A DNA stretch of 64,000 bases. Origin: Pseudovirgaria hyperparasitica. Its lineage: Eukaryota. The stretch lies in NCBI GenBank assembly GCA_010093815.1, contig ML996575.1; one strand, given 5' to 3'. Position 1 is the first letter of the stretch. Each line of letters opens with the position of its first letter. The translations under genes were made by a program, and so were the position numbers. The notes below the pieces were generated by a model. That model did no database searches and was not told the origin of the DNA. It saw nothing but the letters and a program-made list of their open reading frames with translations. This document shows positions 37,570 through 51,576 of the stretch, one piece after another.

Positions 37570-39963
37570 ATGGACCAGCGTGATCTCAATGTGAACATCA
37601 TCGGAGATCAGTCTTCTTTCTGTGCACGATGCAGGCCATTGTGTCTTGACCCCTCTCAATACCGCTGGCGTGAGCGGACCGATCCGACAGGGGCCAGCTT
37701 TTTGGAATCGACACCTATAATTGATCAGGATCCATATGAGCGCACGCAGAACATTCCGTTCATTCTACACGACTCGCTACCACAGCTTCCACGACTAGAA
37801 GAGACGGCATCATCAGGATGTGCTTTTTGTACACTATTACGAGCGGCAGTACTCTCAAAGCTATCACATATCACACCGGATTACGCGGACTCTTCATCAT
37901 CGGTCGACGCTCGTTCCCACTGCCATCTAGAATTTTCTGAAGCAAAATATGAATGGATAAGCGCAAAAAGCGTACACTGGGGGGAAAATGCCAAATACTG
38001 GTATCTCAAAAGTCTGAGCCTTTATGGGACATGTACCACTGTAAACGAACACGCCAGTTCCAAGAAGTTCAACATCTGTTTCGACGTCATAAGTCCTCCC
38101 AGTAAGTCCTCAGTCGGCGGAGCAGCGATCGCTGCTGAATTGAGCGAATCAGTCCATGAAGGTGCTCCTCTCGCTATATATCAACGGCCATTGGTGAGTT
38201 CAATACTGTCCGATACGAATCTGAACATGGTCCGCTCATGGCTACGGTACTGTAACGCCGGTCACACGTTATGTGCCAGTCCTTCTTGCGCAATCTTACC
38301 CACGCGCCTTGTCGAGATAGATACAGTAGGCACCTCATGTCGATTGAAACTTATGAACGAACCCGGTGATCAATATGTGGCACTGAGTTATACATGGGGC
38401 ACTTTTCAACCACCCTTACGCCTGACGATGCAATCACTTGACGCATTTCGCAACAATATCCCATTTGCGCTCATGCCACGAGCCTTCCAAGACGTCCTTC
38501 GATTTGTTCAAGCACTTGGGTTTCGCCATGTCTGGATTGACTCTTTGTGCATTATTCAAGGTGCGCTACATGTTGTTCTTTGTCCAACCGCACTGGGACC
38601 TCTCCTTTTGGAGCGCCCTCTCGTCTTGGGCTTAAGCTTGGTCGTCCTAGATATTGTGGCTCTCCAGGATCCGCACTCTTACTAACTACTGGCAGACAAT
38701 GAAGAGGATTGGTCATCGGAAGTCTCCAAGATGATGGAAATCTATCAAAACGCTGCCCTGACAATCTCACTGTCGGGAAGCCGAACACCGCACCAAAATA
38801 TTCGGAGCGAACTGGAGATCCGCAACGCCATTACTATGTCTTACACGTCCCTCTTCAACTCGCAAGTACCTGGTCACTATCTTCTCTCACCAAGCCCGAG
38901 TGTCAACACATTCCAGGGACCGTCGCTCCAGTTCTTCCACGACGTGGATCCGTCGTATTGGAACACTCGAGGGTGGACTTTCCATGAAAAATTGCTGTCC
39001 AGGAGGACGCTCTACTTTGGCACTCGGAAAATGTACTTCACATGCCAAGAGTCGCTCTTCATGGAAGGGAGTGATGTCTGCGAAGAACCGAACCGCTTGA
39101 CATATCCATCGCTGGCTATTCACTGGTTCTGGTACCGCATCAACAAGACTCGAAATCCGGATTCGCTATTGGAGAATTGGTTGACAATGGCACAGGCCTA
39201 CAGCACACGAAACCTGAGCTACATCAGCGATAAACTGCCAGCACTATCGGCACTAGCTAAAGAGATGCAGCAACGACTGGTCGATAATTGTGATTTGACA
39301 ACACGCTATCTCTGTGGTATCTGGGATACTGATTTGATTCGCGGACTGGCCTGGTATCCGGTCTCTGCAAACACCAGTGAAACGGACCAACTTTCATCAC
39401 AACTCATAGTGAAACGCGACGATCTTCCATTATCACTTCCGGGACCATCGTGGGCGTGGACCAGCTACGACACCCCGGTTCGTTTCGCGCATCTCAATCT
39501 TCTTTCTCATAGCATCGAGAGCGATACTAAACTCAGGCTCACCTCATCAAACACGAAAGAACATATCAGCGACGCTTCCTCCAGCCCAATGGCCTGCATC
39601 TCTCTCCAGGTCTCCAGCCAGATAGTCCCCCTCAACTTCTCCTACCTCGTGGACTCCACGGGCAACGCAATGCAAATCTCCTCCGAGAACAACACCGTCG
39701 AGTTCTCTCTCAACTGGACGACGTCAGATTACGATGCCGCAACAAACAATCAATTGGACGTCTACGCCCTTGCAATCCAGTTTCATCATGTCGAGCGTTC
39801 ATTTTCCAAACCTTACATCTCAGTGGGGCTTCTTGTTACGCCTGCTGGGCTGGGTCCAAATGGCGTGAAGCAGTATCGACGTATTGGGCTGGTGTTTTGC
39901 AACAGTGAGAGGAAGAGCTCGGTGTTTGATGGTGTGGAGGCGGAGACTGTGCTGCTTGTATGA
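37570..39963 (+). CDS. HET (heterokaryon incompatibility) domain protein
   Basis: GCAFC, LPTRLVEI, YVALSYTWG, WIDSLCIIQ|D--EDW, M-EIYQNA, RGWTFHE--LSRR, DKLPALS and PSWAW. Intron 38561-38694 and a probable in-frame intron 38102-38152. Confidence 0.93.
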
Positions 39964-40643
39964 GTCTGTGGTGTTTTGACCTTCGCGCTGGATGTATTTC
40001 ATCATTACATTTCTCAATTTCCCCGTGGATGCAGCGATACGGTCACGAGGAATACTTGGTGACTCTAGAGACCATTCAGTGAGCTTTAGCGATGACATTC
40101 GAACCTGGGTTTGTCCAACTTGGCAATGCCAAATCTTGCGGTTGGCAAACGTGTTCAAGGCGGACGAGCTCGGTTTGAGTTATTGCAAGTTCTTGTGATT
40201 GTATTACTATTTGACGCATGTACATTGCACACTGTATAGTTATGATGGATGTAACAATGGCGATGACTTATGCGGCTTCTGTATGATGGCGAAGTGTCTG
40301 GAAAGACTAGACGATGAATTCGTCTCTCGATACTTGGCCGGTATATCCTGGAACTGTGTACACTACTATATGGAAAAGCGACCATGAGGAAATGAATACA
40401 AGCGGAGATCTGTAGTAGTGCACCAGACCACATACAGCTTAACCAATTCCCACACATGGAACCCATGTGGAGAGCCGCAGATCCATACCCAACACAGCCT
40501 AGTTTCAAACAAATGACAAGGATGACCGCGCACCGCCACCGTGGCCACGGTTCAACTACCCCAGGCTCGGCATATCGTTACACTGTCTTATGCCAACTCA
40601 CACAAGATCTCATTGATCACGCTTTTGATCTCAATCGATTAAC

Positions 40644-40919
40644 ATGTCTGCGCATCTCTTCGACGTCAAAGAGCACAAAGTCGCCGGCTGCCATATCCGC
40701 GAGTATCCCGGCTCGACGGTCGACCAGGAGGATGTGCTGTACCTGCATGTGAAGCAGTACGTCCCGCATGAAGCGCAAACGCCGCGCTCTCCGACGACGA
40801 ACCCAGCGAGAGATGCGGTGACGTTTATTGCGGCGCATGCGGGCGGGATGCCAAAGGTGAGGAAACGCAGGAAAATGAACCTAGATATCGCGCTCTGCGC
40901 GGTTTGCCGAGGTTAATGT

Positions 40920-41002
<83 letters not shown>

Positions 41003-42469
41003 GACGTTGGTGTGTTATAGGAGGTGTATGAGCCGCTTTGGGACGAGATGCTGCTGCGGTCGAAGGAGCATGGGTTTGCGATACGGGGGATCTGGATTGC
41101 GGATGTGAGCAATCATGGGATGAGTGGGGTGTTGAATGAGGGGAAGAATAGCACGGATTGTGAGTGAGATGGGAGATGTCAGAGGGGGTTGGAAGACGTG
41201 GTGCTAATCTGAGATTGTACAGATTCGTGGATGGACCATGTGCGCGACTTGCTGCTTGTTGTCAATGAGTTTAGGCATGAGATGCCGAGACCGTTGGTGG
41301 GGATTGGGCATAGCTTTGGGGGGAATCAGATGTATGTGTTTGTTTACTTTGTCCTTGGTTCATGTGTTTCCGCGCTTGATTACTTTTCCGTGACTTTCTT
41401 ATCTTATCAAAACTTGCAACTCTTCTTCTTCTCAATCTCTCTCTCTCTCTCCTCTATATGTCTCCAAACCACTCCCTGATTCATCCCCACGAACATCTAT
41501 CTCATCGCCCCCCTTCCCCACCCACAAAACTGACTCCCTCCCAGCGTCAACCTCGCCCTCATCCACCCCCGCCTCTTCACCACCCTCCTCCTCCTCGACC
41601 CCGTCCTCCAACACCGCCAGCCCTACATGGGCTTCGCCTGCACACCCCCCGGCGTAACAAACTGGGCCCTCCACAAACCAGACCTCTTCCCCTCCCGCTC
41701 CGCCGCCATCGCCACCCTCTCCACCCAACCCCCCTTCACCCGCCTCGACCCCCGCGTCCTCACCCTCTACCTCGCCCACGCCCTCCGCCCCCTCCCCACC
41801 CCCCTCTACCCCTCCATCCCCGCCGCCCTCGCCTCCCTCGGCCTCGCAGACACACACTACTCCCCGCACGACCCCCCCGTAACATACACCACCACCCGCA
41901 CATCCGAGCTCCTCACCCTCAACAGACAAAACTTCGCCGCCGCAAAGGGCCGCTGGAATCGAACCACACACCCCGACCTCGATCTCCTCTCCAACGGCTG
42001 GGCAGGCAGTCCCGACCGCATAACACACCCGGACCCCGATACCCCACCCCCTATCTTCCCCATGTACCGCCCCGAAGCAGGCCTCACGCACGCCCGTCTG
42101 CCGCAGCTGCGCCCGTCCGCGTTCTTCCTGCTTGGGCGGCGGACGTGGCTTGCGCTGGACGAGCTGCGTGCGGGGATCGCGAGTTGTGGGACTGGGGTTG
42201 GGGGCAGTGGAGGGGTGGGGGCGGGGAGGGTGGAGTCGGTTGTGCTGGAGGGGCAGGGGCATTTTTTTCCGTTGGAGGTGGTGGGGGAGTGTGCGGGGAG
42301 GTGTGCTGGGTGGGTGGGGAGGGAGATGGAGAGGTGGAGGGGGGAGGAGAGGGCGTGGGTGGAGGGGCGGAAGGGGGTGGATCATGGGAGGTTGGAGGGG
42401 GAGTGGTTTGAGGTTATTAGGCCTCCGGGGAGTTTTGGGAGGGGGGCGAAGGGGGGCGCGAAGATGTAG
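40644..42469 (+). CDS. Alpha/beta hydrolase with C-terminal PTS1-like signal (Lpx1/AKT2-like)
   Basis: HIREYP, AAHAGGMPKE-YEP, WIADVSNHG, GIGHSFGG, LLDPV, GHFFP and terminal AKM. Three introns. Confidence 0.88.
40921..41003. repeat. (GTT)~27 microsatellite in intron 1 of the hydrolase
   Basis: Read directly. Confidence 0.97.
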
Positions 42470-42740
42470 ATTGGGGGTGGAGGGGGTGTGGGTGTGGGTG
42501 TATAGATGTGTGAGGTTCGTGGGTGGTCGGAGGTTTGTTTATAGTTGTATAGTGTTGGATATTAGACGGTCTGGCATCGTGTACTATGGCATGCTTTGTG
42601 TGGTCTTGGCTACGACAATCACGAAGCGTCCAAGACAGTGAGCATGCCTTTCCGCCACGCAGCATCTCAAATAACCATCATCATCGCGAGCTCATGTCCT
42701 CCTGAGATCCGCACTTTGTCTCTGTTTTTCTTATTCTCAC

Positions 42741-43350
42741 CAGACGTGAGCATATACAATCGGATACCATCCAAGGTCCTAGATTAGGATTATATAATTA
42801 GTCACCCTAAGGGTATAGGTTGGGTTCATAATCTATGCTAAGAGATAAAGATTAATTATGTTGGATTAAATGAAGTAGGGTATATACCCAAGGGGCCTTA
42901 CTTAGGTATTTATTTCTACTTGAGGCCTAAACTTAAGCCTTAGACTTTAATATTCAGGCCTTGATAATGCCTAACGAAGTGTCTTGGCTATACTTCGGTA
43001 TGTACTCTACTCTATTTAATCTATTAAAATCTATCCAACCGATTAGTATTAAATTATACCGTCTAAGTTGCTAAGTAATTATGTAGTTAATAATTTAGCC
43101 GAAGTAACCCCCGGCAGCCTTCTATCATCCGCCTCTTATTCTCATCTCTCTCTCTCTGTCTATCTCTCTCTATAATATGTGTTTTTAACTAATTCTGACC
43201 TCTTGGGCTTCAGAACAACGTTTATACACGTGTTCTTTGACCGATTTTGACTAATTCTAACCTTATAGGCTACGGATATACACGTGCTTCAAGCTTATTC
43301 TATATCACTTAGTAAGATGGCTTAGATATAAGGTATAATAGGCGATTCGT
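42741..43350 (+). mobile_element. Third MITE copy followed by an AT-rich RIP-like tract
   Basis: CAGACGTGAGCATATACAATCGGATACCATCCAAGGTCCTAGATTAGGATTATATAATTAGTCACCCTAA matches 4990-5060 with C>T/G>A changes. The right end is not resolved. Confidence 0.75.
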
Positions 43351-43394
43351 ATGATACACATGATACAACTGGACGCTTGCGAAACCCTCCTTAG

Positions 43395-45011
<1,617 letters not shown>

Positions 45012-45559
45012 TTGGGCTCTCGGCTGGGAACGCACGGAATTCCACGACTTGGACCGTCGTTTTGGATGGAAGCGAGAAGGTCGTTATGTACTTAGCTTGT
45101 TGGTGTGAATTATGCATTCATTCAATTTGAAGCCCTGGAGCTTAACAAAGCCCGTACGCGAGATTTTTTGATCCTGCAAAGGATTCAGGCTGTCCTAGCT
45201 ATTCTACCTACTACTTCACGACCAGACCAGAATGCACCAACCGATCCGACAGCAAAAGAGAAAAAAAAGTTAAAAGGAAAACCCTCGCACTCAAGCTCGA
45301 TCACACACTACATGCAACCCAGCGGTCCTTCCTTAAAGTCATTTCGCAATTCCTCAATCGCGATAACTAACCAGTATACAAAGAACCCTTAGAAAATAGA
45401 CCAGGCAAACCCTTAAATACCTTTAGCAGGTAGCAAATTCTATCCAAGCCCTACATTCCATCTAATAAGTAACTACCAGATATACACAAACCCTTTGGAA
45501 GTTAAACTTAATACACTCCTAGGTACCTATCAAATATGGTACATTCGCGTGAAACTTTA

Positions 45560-45870
45560 CACTCTACATGATATATAACTACCACGTAACGTCTTGATGA
45601 TACTTGACCATCTGCTGTAGTACGGATTCTTTCGCGTAGAACTTGCATTTGCAGTACGCCGTCCGGGGCATAACCCGCTGAAGGTGCTCCTACGCGACGC
45701 CAAATGCGAGGCGTTCGCTATGGCGTACATCGACGATATTCCCGTGTTTAGTGGGGAACTTGACGAGCATCTTAGCCACCTGCAGCAGGTATTCTCGGCT
45801 CCGTTTGGGAAGGATCTCGGTCAAACAAGGTTTGCACCGGAAATCTATAGAATGGTTAGAGTCTAGCTAG
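45560..45870 (+). mobile_element. Degenerate LTR-retrotransposon reverse transcriptase fragment (Ty3/Gypsy-like)
   Basis: FAMAYIDDIPVFSGELDEHLSHLQQVF matches the YxDD motif context of Gypsy RT. Flanks are TpA-enriched. Confidence 0.65.
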
Positions 45871-46347
45871 TTTTCTATAGGTGCATATATGTTAAATCGT
45901 AAAAGTCTCTACTGGCTACGTAAGATGAGAGTTACTAGAGTTGGTCTATCGTCGGTTATATACATCAGTAGAGCTGTAATTGATTGTTATAAAAGAGTAA
46001 AACAGGGCAAGCCTCTACTGGCTATCCAAAATATACAGCTTCTCCAGCGAGGGCGAGCATGAAACCGCAGATACCTTACCCGTTTCACGATTAGCATATG
46101 ATGTGCAAACACCGTAACACGGTACCAGCTACCCTCATCCCTACCTTCACACCTAGACATCACACTCAACACCCATCAAGCCACCACAAAAAGTCACATT
46201 CACAAGCACACACGCACCCATTCACACACCAAATCCACGTCAAATTTCCACACACCACCCCCGATCTAAACACCGCCATCCTCAGACAGCTACACAACCT
46301 CCCCACTTCCCCCCCGGACAAGAAACCCACACCACCCCCTCCCGACA

Positions 46348-47134
46348 CTACATATTCCTCCGCGCCCGCACCGCCGCCGCCCTCTCCCTCGCCTCCTCCC
46401 TCTCCCTCTTCCCCTTGATGCGCTCATTGATATGATGCTGCGCGAGAGTGGGCAAGTGCTTGCGCGCCGTATTGGCGCTAGTGACGTCTTGCTCCGCTGA
46501 AGGAGAGCAGACGGCCCTGGTGTATGTTATCAGCATGTGAGAGATTGGAAAGGGGGGGGTGGGGAAGTGGGAGTTCAACTAACGACGTTGTGCGTACACG
46601 GGGGACAGGGTCATGTGTATCCATGGATACGTCTCCGGAGGGGGAGGATGCGAGGGTGCGCATGCGGGCTGTTGGGGCGGTGGTGGTGGACTTGGGGGTT
46701 GGACCGCGGGATTGCGGGAGAGGGGGACCCATGGGGGAGGCGGACGGGGCACGCAGGTGTTTGGGCTTGGTCTTGGGGGTGGAGGGCGCGGCGGGGACGA
46801 AGAGGGGTTGGTCGTCGCTTGCGTCGCTCATGGTTTTGCTGGGGGTGCGGTGGTGGCGGCTGGGTGGGCGGGTGGAGGGTGGAGGAGAGGCGATGGGCTC
46901 GGAGGGCTGGAAGACGAAGGTGAAGTCGCCGAGGGCGCCGACGCAGGAGATTTCGATGAAGCCGCCGGGGCGGACGGTGAGCTCGAAGCAGCCTTGCTTG
47001 TAGCTTTTTGCTTCGGAGGTGGCCGTGTCCCACTGGAGGGAGACGTGGTCGCCGGAGGGATCTTTGTAGGAGATCTTCACCTTGGCGGCATCGATGGTGA
47101 GGGTCAAGCCCGGGAAGTTGAAGACTTCGGGCAT
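46348..47134 (-). CDS. Orphan protein A: ~80-aa beta-rich N-terminal domain plus Pro/Ser-rich and basic tail
   Basis: ATG in good context (ACCATG). A GTTAGT..GCTGAT..CAG intron (~46583-46518) joins the ...ARRNM* exon. The N-terminus is homologous to 47889-49066. Confidence 0.65.
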
Positions 47135-47888
47135 GGTTGCGGTTGGGTGATGGGAGATGTGAGGTAGTGATGGAGGTTCTGTGAGGATGTCTGAAGATTC
47201 AGGAACAGAAAGGAGCAGTGACTTTTGCTGAAATATCGATAGTCTGAGATCTTCGTGGTGACTTGCAAAGAGAAGTAGACAGTGAGCTATCCCGTACAGG
47301 ATGGAAGGTCAATTGACGAACTGGACAGGCGTACAAGAGTGGTACTGAACGTGAGAATCGAAAATGCTTGTGTGCTTGAAGAAAGTAAGACGCGTAGGAG
47401 TTCGTGGTCAAGAGGCGGTGGAAAGTAAACAATGCAAACAGAAAAAAAGCACGGCCCACGATCACGAGAAAAGATCAATTAAGCCTAGTCTCATAGAAGA
47501 TATTCTCGTAGCCAATAGGCAGCAAAGACAATTTGAGCTGGCCAGTGTCGTCATATCTGTAAGAAAGTGAACTGCATGAGAAGTGAACAACTTGCGAACG
47601 CTACTTGAGCACCTTCCGTACTTGAAGGCGCCCGACGTGTGTGATATGGTATACAGGTGGCTAGTCAAACCAATTGCTATCGCACATCAGATGGAAACAT
47701 TCAGTGACCGTATAAGCTCTGTCTGTTTATGTTTTGAAGGGAATACAACCACTAAGACAGACACTTGAGGTTTAGTCGACGCCTCGAAAAGAAATCAAAC
47801 AGGCATGGACCGAAACATTCGAAACAACATAGAATCCTGTGACTTGGCCACTTCCCACAGTACTCGACCAGCTGATCGCTCACTGGTC

Positions 47889-49066
47889 CTACATTTCCTT
47901 GAGCAGCTTCAAGGCAGCCTTGACGGTATCATCGAACCATAGCCACCACTCAGCGTTGTGGACACACTCTCCCGGGACAGCTTCGAGGAACCCTTGCACC
48001 TCGCGTGTCCAGAACGAGAACTTCTTCTTCTTCCCTCCATCTACGTCCTTGAGCAAGATAGTACGTGAGCCAGGCGTTCCTGGTATGTGCTCGAACTCAG
48101 CTGTCGTAGACTGTCAGAAAGATATGCAGAAAGTATACGGACAGTCAGGACTGGTAGATGGGACTTACATAGTCTAGTCAGAGTCCACTCTTCCAACATA
48201 AGTCCTCCCTCGGGCTTACACGCAAAAGTCATCTTAGCGGTATTTGCAGGGTCGATGCTGAGGAATCCTGCCATTGGATTGCCGTTCCGCGATATCTTTC
48301 TGACATACAACCCTGAACCGTGGGGAAAGTCTCCATGAGACTTGTATGATACAGGTTCCTGGCTTTTTCTCGTCTTTTCCAGACTCAGACCTTTCATGTT
48401 CAGCTTCTGTATTGTAGGGGTGGGCGTGAGCTGGCGCTCGTCAATCAATGTGGACTGGCTGTCTGGCGTACTGCAAGTTGCTAGCTTTGGCACGAGAGCC
48501 TTTCGTTCGTTGGACGCAGGTGTGATACCTGTAGCGCTCGCTGGCTGCATGGCGAAGCAGCTTCTCAGATGCATATCGAATGCCGAACTCGCGATACTGG
48601 ACCCGCATTTCGGGCATATGGGACGGCAGCTCGTCAGATCCGGCGACGAAACAGACGTGGGATGGACAATTCCGTGATCTTTACGCGTCTGCGACGGATT
48701 CGATGTCTTGGGTTTCGCGTTTGTCGTGCACGTTACGACGCTTGGTGTCAGTGGCGGGCCTTGTTTCTTGGAAGCTGGAACTGGAACTGGAACTGGAGCT
48801 GGAGCTGGAGCTGGCGCTGGCGCTGGCGGCTTGATGCTAACCTCAAACCGTCTCCCTGCTGGTCCTACCCATACTGCTTGTATGTCACCTCCACGGAGAA
48901 TACTCAGCGAGAAGTTCCCAGCCTGAATGCCTCTGAGCTCTGTTGTGGTATAAGCAGTGCGAAAGATTCGCATACCGCCCGTTGGGGAATACCACCAGGC
49001 ATTGACCTCCTTATCATCCACCGTCAGTTCTAGGTCCGGAAAGATGTATTTATCTGACTCAGGCAT
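47889..49066 (-). CDS. Orphan protein B: shared N-terminal domain, (PA/PV)n linker, C2HC (UBZ-like) zinc finger, C-terminal globular domain
   Basis: MPESDKYIFPDLEL..., then CPKCGSSIASSAFDMHLRSC. A GTAAGT..CTGACAG intron near 48168-48111 leads to ...WWLWFDDTVKAALKLLKEM*. Confidence 0.7.
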
Positions 49067-50323
49067 GATTGCTTGACTGCCGTTGAGGGAACGAGACGGT
49101 GTAAGGGAGGCGATCGCTCGGTGGACGTTGTGAACTTGGCGATGCCCGGAGACGTCGGGATGGCAGGTCAAAGCTGTAAAACGACGTCAACTAGGGCCAT
49201 CTCAGACTTTGGATGCAGAAAAATTGGCGGAAACTCAATCACAGAAAAATTGCGAGAATTGAAGCAGCGTGAGAATGAGAAATGGCAGTCAGAATAAGTG
49301 GGGACTAGCGGTAGTGTGAACAATGCAAACCTACCCACCTCGCAATTCTGCAGGTACCTGTGTATAAGAGAAAAACCTTCTGTGACCCATTTTGACTAGA
49401 AGGTAGGTAAGAAAGACTTTGCTAGGCTCATATGCCGCTTTCTGAGGCCCAAACATGATGCTCTTAGCAACAGCGTTCAAAAAGACAAGAATGAAAGATT
49501 GACAAACAATCAAGACAGCCCAGACATGCAACATACCTCAAACAGTCGAACCTGAGATTAGAAATCCAGAGACAAACTTCATGTAACAGGGACAAGAACG
49601 ATCCAAATACTCGGCGCTTCGCAACATCAGTAGTCGAGAGCCACCAAAGACTTCAACCCACGACACCCTCAAGCAGCACGCCTCTCAAGCCCGAAGCACC
49701 TCAATAGCACACCGAACAGCAGCAACAAACACCACAAGCCCTCTAACATACTCCCCACACGGCCTCGGCAGAAACATAGCATCCCCATACGCATCCTCCG
49801 AAGAGCCGACCTCAAGTCTGAGAAGCGTGCCTCCAGGGTACACGCGTCGGAACTCCCAGATGCGGGAGCTCAGAGAAGCGGTCAAGCTGCTATACATAGC
49901 TACAGTATTTCGACGTCGTGGTGAGTATCAAATCAACAAAGCTCTGAACGAAAAGAAAAGAAAAGGGGTGGGGTCAAGACGGACGATTCCAACATTGCTC
50001 AGTTGAGATCCCCCAAGTCTCGACGATGATGAACGTGCGTGTTGAATGCTGTGAGAAAGACGATCCAGGAATCGGTGACGAGAAGATGAAGGGAAAGATA
50101 GAGACGCGAAGATGAGAGAGCATGGAAATGGGTACGAAAAAGTGGTAGGGAACGTAAATGGATGCAAGCAGGGGATGTACAAACAGTAAGCGAAGTTGAA
50201 CATTCAGTAGTGAATAAGTAAGGGCCTCCTTGGCATCGCCACAGTTGGCCGAAACCGCATCGAGGGACAGCTGCAACTCTGTGAACCTAGCTGATCTCTT
50301 CATATCATTCAGATCCCTACAAT

Positions 50324-51576
50324 CTAGTCAAGCTGACCCCATAGCAGTATTCCCTCACCATACAAACCCACCGCAAAGCCCCGCCCAAAAGCCTTGTCCC
50401 TCACCGCCGTACAGGCACTCTCGAATTCATGCCCGACATACAGGTCCTTCAAGCCTTCTTGCTCCGTCCACTCTTGGATCCAGCTGCCTGCCTTGACATC
50501 CAAGCACTCCGGGTCATCTCTTCGAGCAGCACACGCGACCTTCTGTTCAAGACTAGGAAGATGCGGATGTCCGGCGAGAATCAGCGCTCCCGAATCATCG
50601 ACACTCAGGTTGTCTACGAAATGCTTCGTTCGGACAGTACGTTTGTGGCTCAGCTCGTTAGTGGTGGAATTACGCTCGTAAAAGTAGATACCAGTTTTTG
50701 TGGTTGAAGCCACTGCGACATGTGTCGAATTCAGGAGTACGACACCATTGGCGAACGGAACACGAGCAACGGAACGCACCTCGTTTGTGGCGAAATTGAC
50801 GTAAAAAACACCTCCGAGGGGCAAGCCGACCAGAGTCTCGATGGTCTGAAGGACGTGATGATTCTCGTGGCCGAAGTACTGGCAATTGGTGATGTAAGTT
50901 TCGTGGTCGCTGATGGCCGCGAGGTTGTTGGGCGTGTTCAACGAGGGATGCGAAAGGATCGTTTATGAGTCGCCGTTGGCTCCTCTGCCGTGAGATCCAA
51001 CGAGAAAATCTCGAGCCGCTTGCCAGTGGAAAGATTGTTAATCACGAATAGTGTCTTACTCTCCTCATGATACTCGATACCCAACGGATGGAATTCCCCT
51101 CCGGTTTCTGGATAATCAACCAACTCAATGTCCACGTGGCTCGCCATGTTGCGGCCCTTATACATGTATCGAACGAGATGGCCAGGTGGGCCTTTCTTTG
51201 GGTCGTCGAAAACATTCTGCTTCTTGTTAGCAGACTATGCTACGACGTTCACCAGACCGGCGACATATGAAGCACATTCCATTATTGGATTCCAATGGTC
51301 CCTCCCTGGGTCACAGCTCAGTATCCCAAACCCAACACTCCGGACCATGACCGCATCCTCGCAGTTCTTAAGCTCCTTCAGCGGGTATACATATCGATGA
51401 GGCTGCACGATAGCAAGCTTCGAAGGCGCATTCGCTATGAAGGTATTGATCACAGGGAGTCGATCGAGTCCGAAAGCTGCAAAGGCTACAAACACTGCGA
51501 CGTTCTGTAGAAGTATATGTTAGCATTGGGCTGGAGCTCCGGGAAGCTAACTACGTACAAGTACTTTGCCAAGCAT
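50324..51576 (-). CDS. Paraoxonase/arylesterase-like six-bladed beta-propeller
   Basis: NCED, LSCDPGRD-WN, FHPLGI, PNNLAA, FANGV, VDNLSVD and AGHP. N-terminal hydrophobic anchor and several introns. Confidence 0.85.

Noticed and set aside
25775..42469. Possible secondary-metabolite cluster (enoyl reductase, amidohydrolase, methyltransferase, AKT2-like hydrolase)
   Set aside because: No PKS, NRPS, terpene synthase, transporter or pathway transcription factor in the window, and the genes are interleaved with NAT3, F-box and HET genes.
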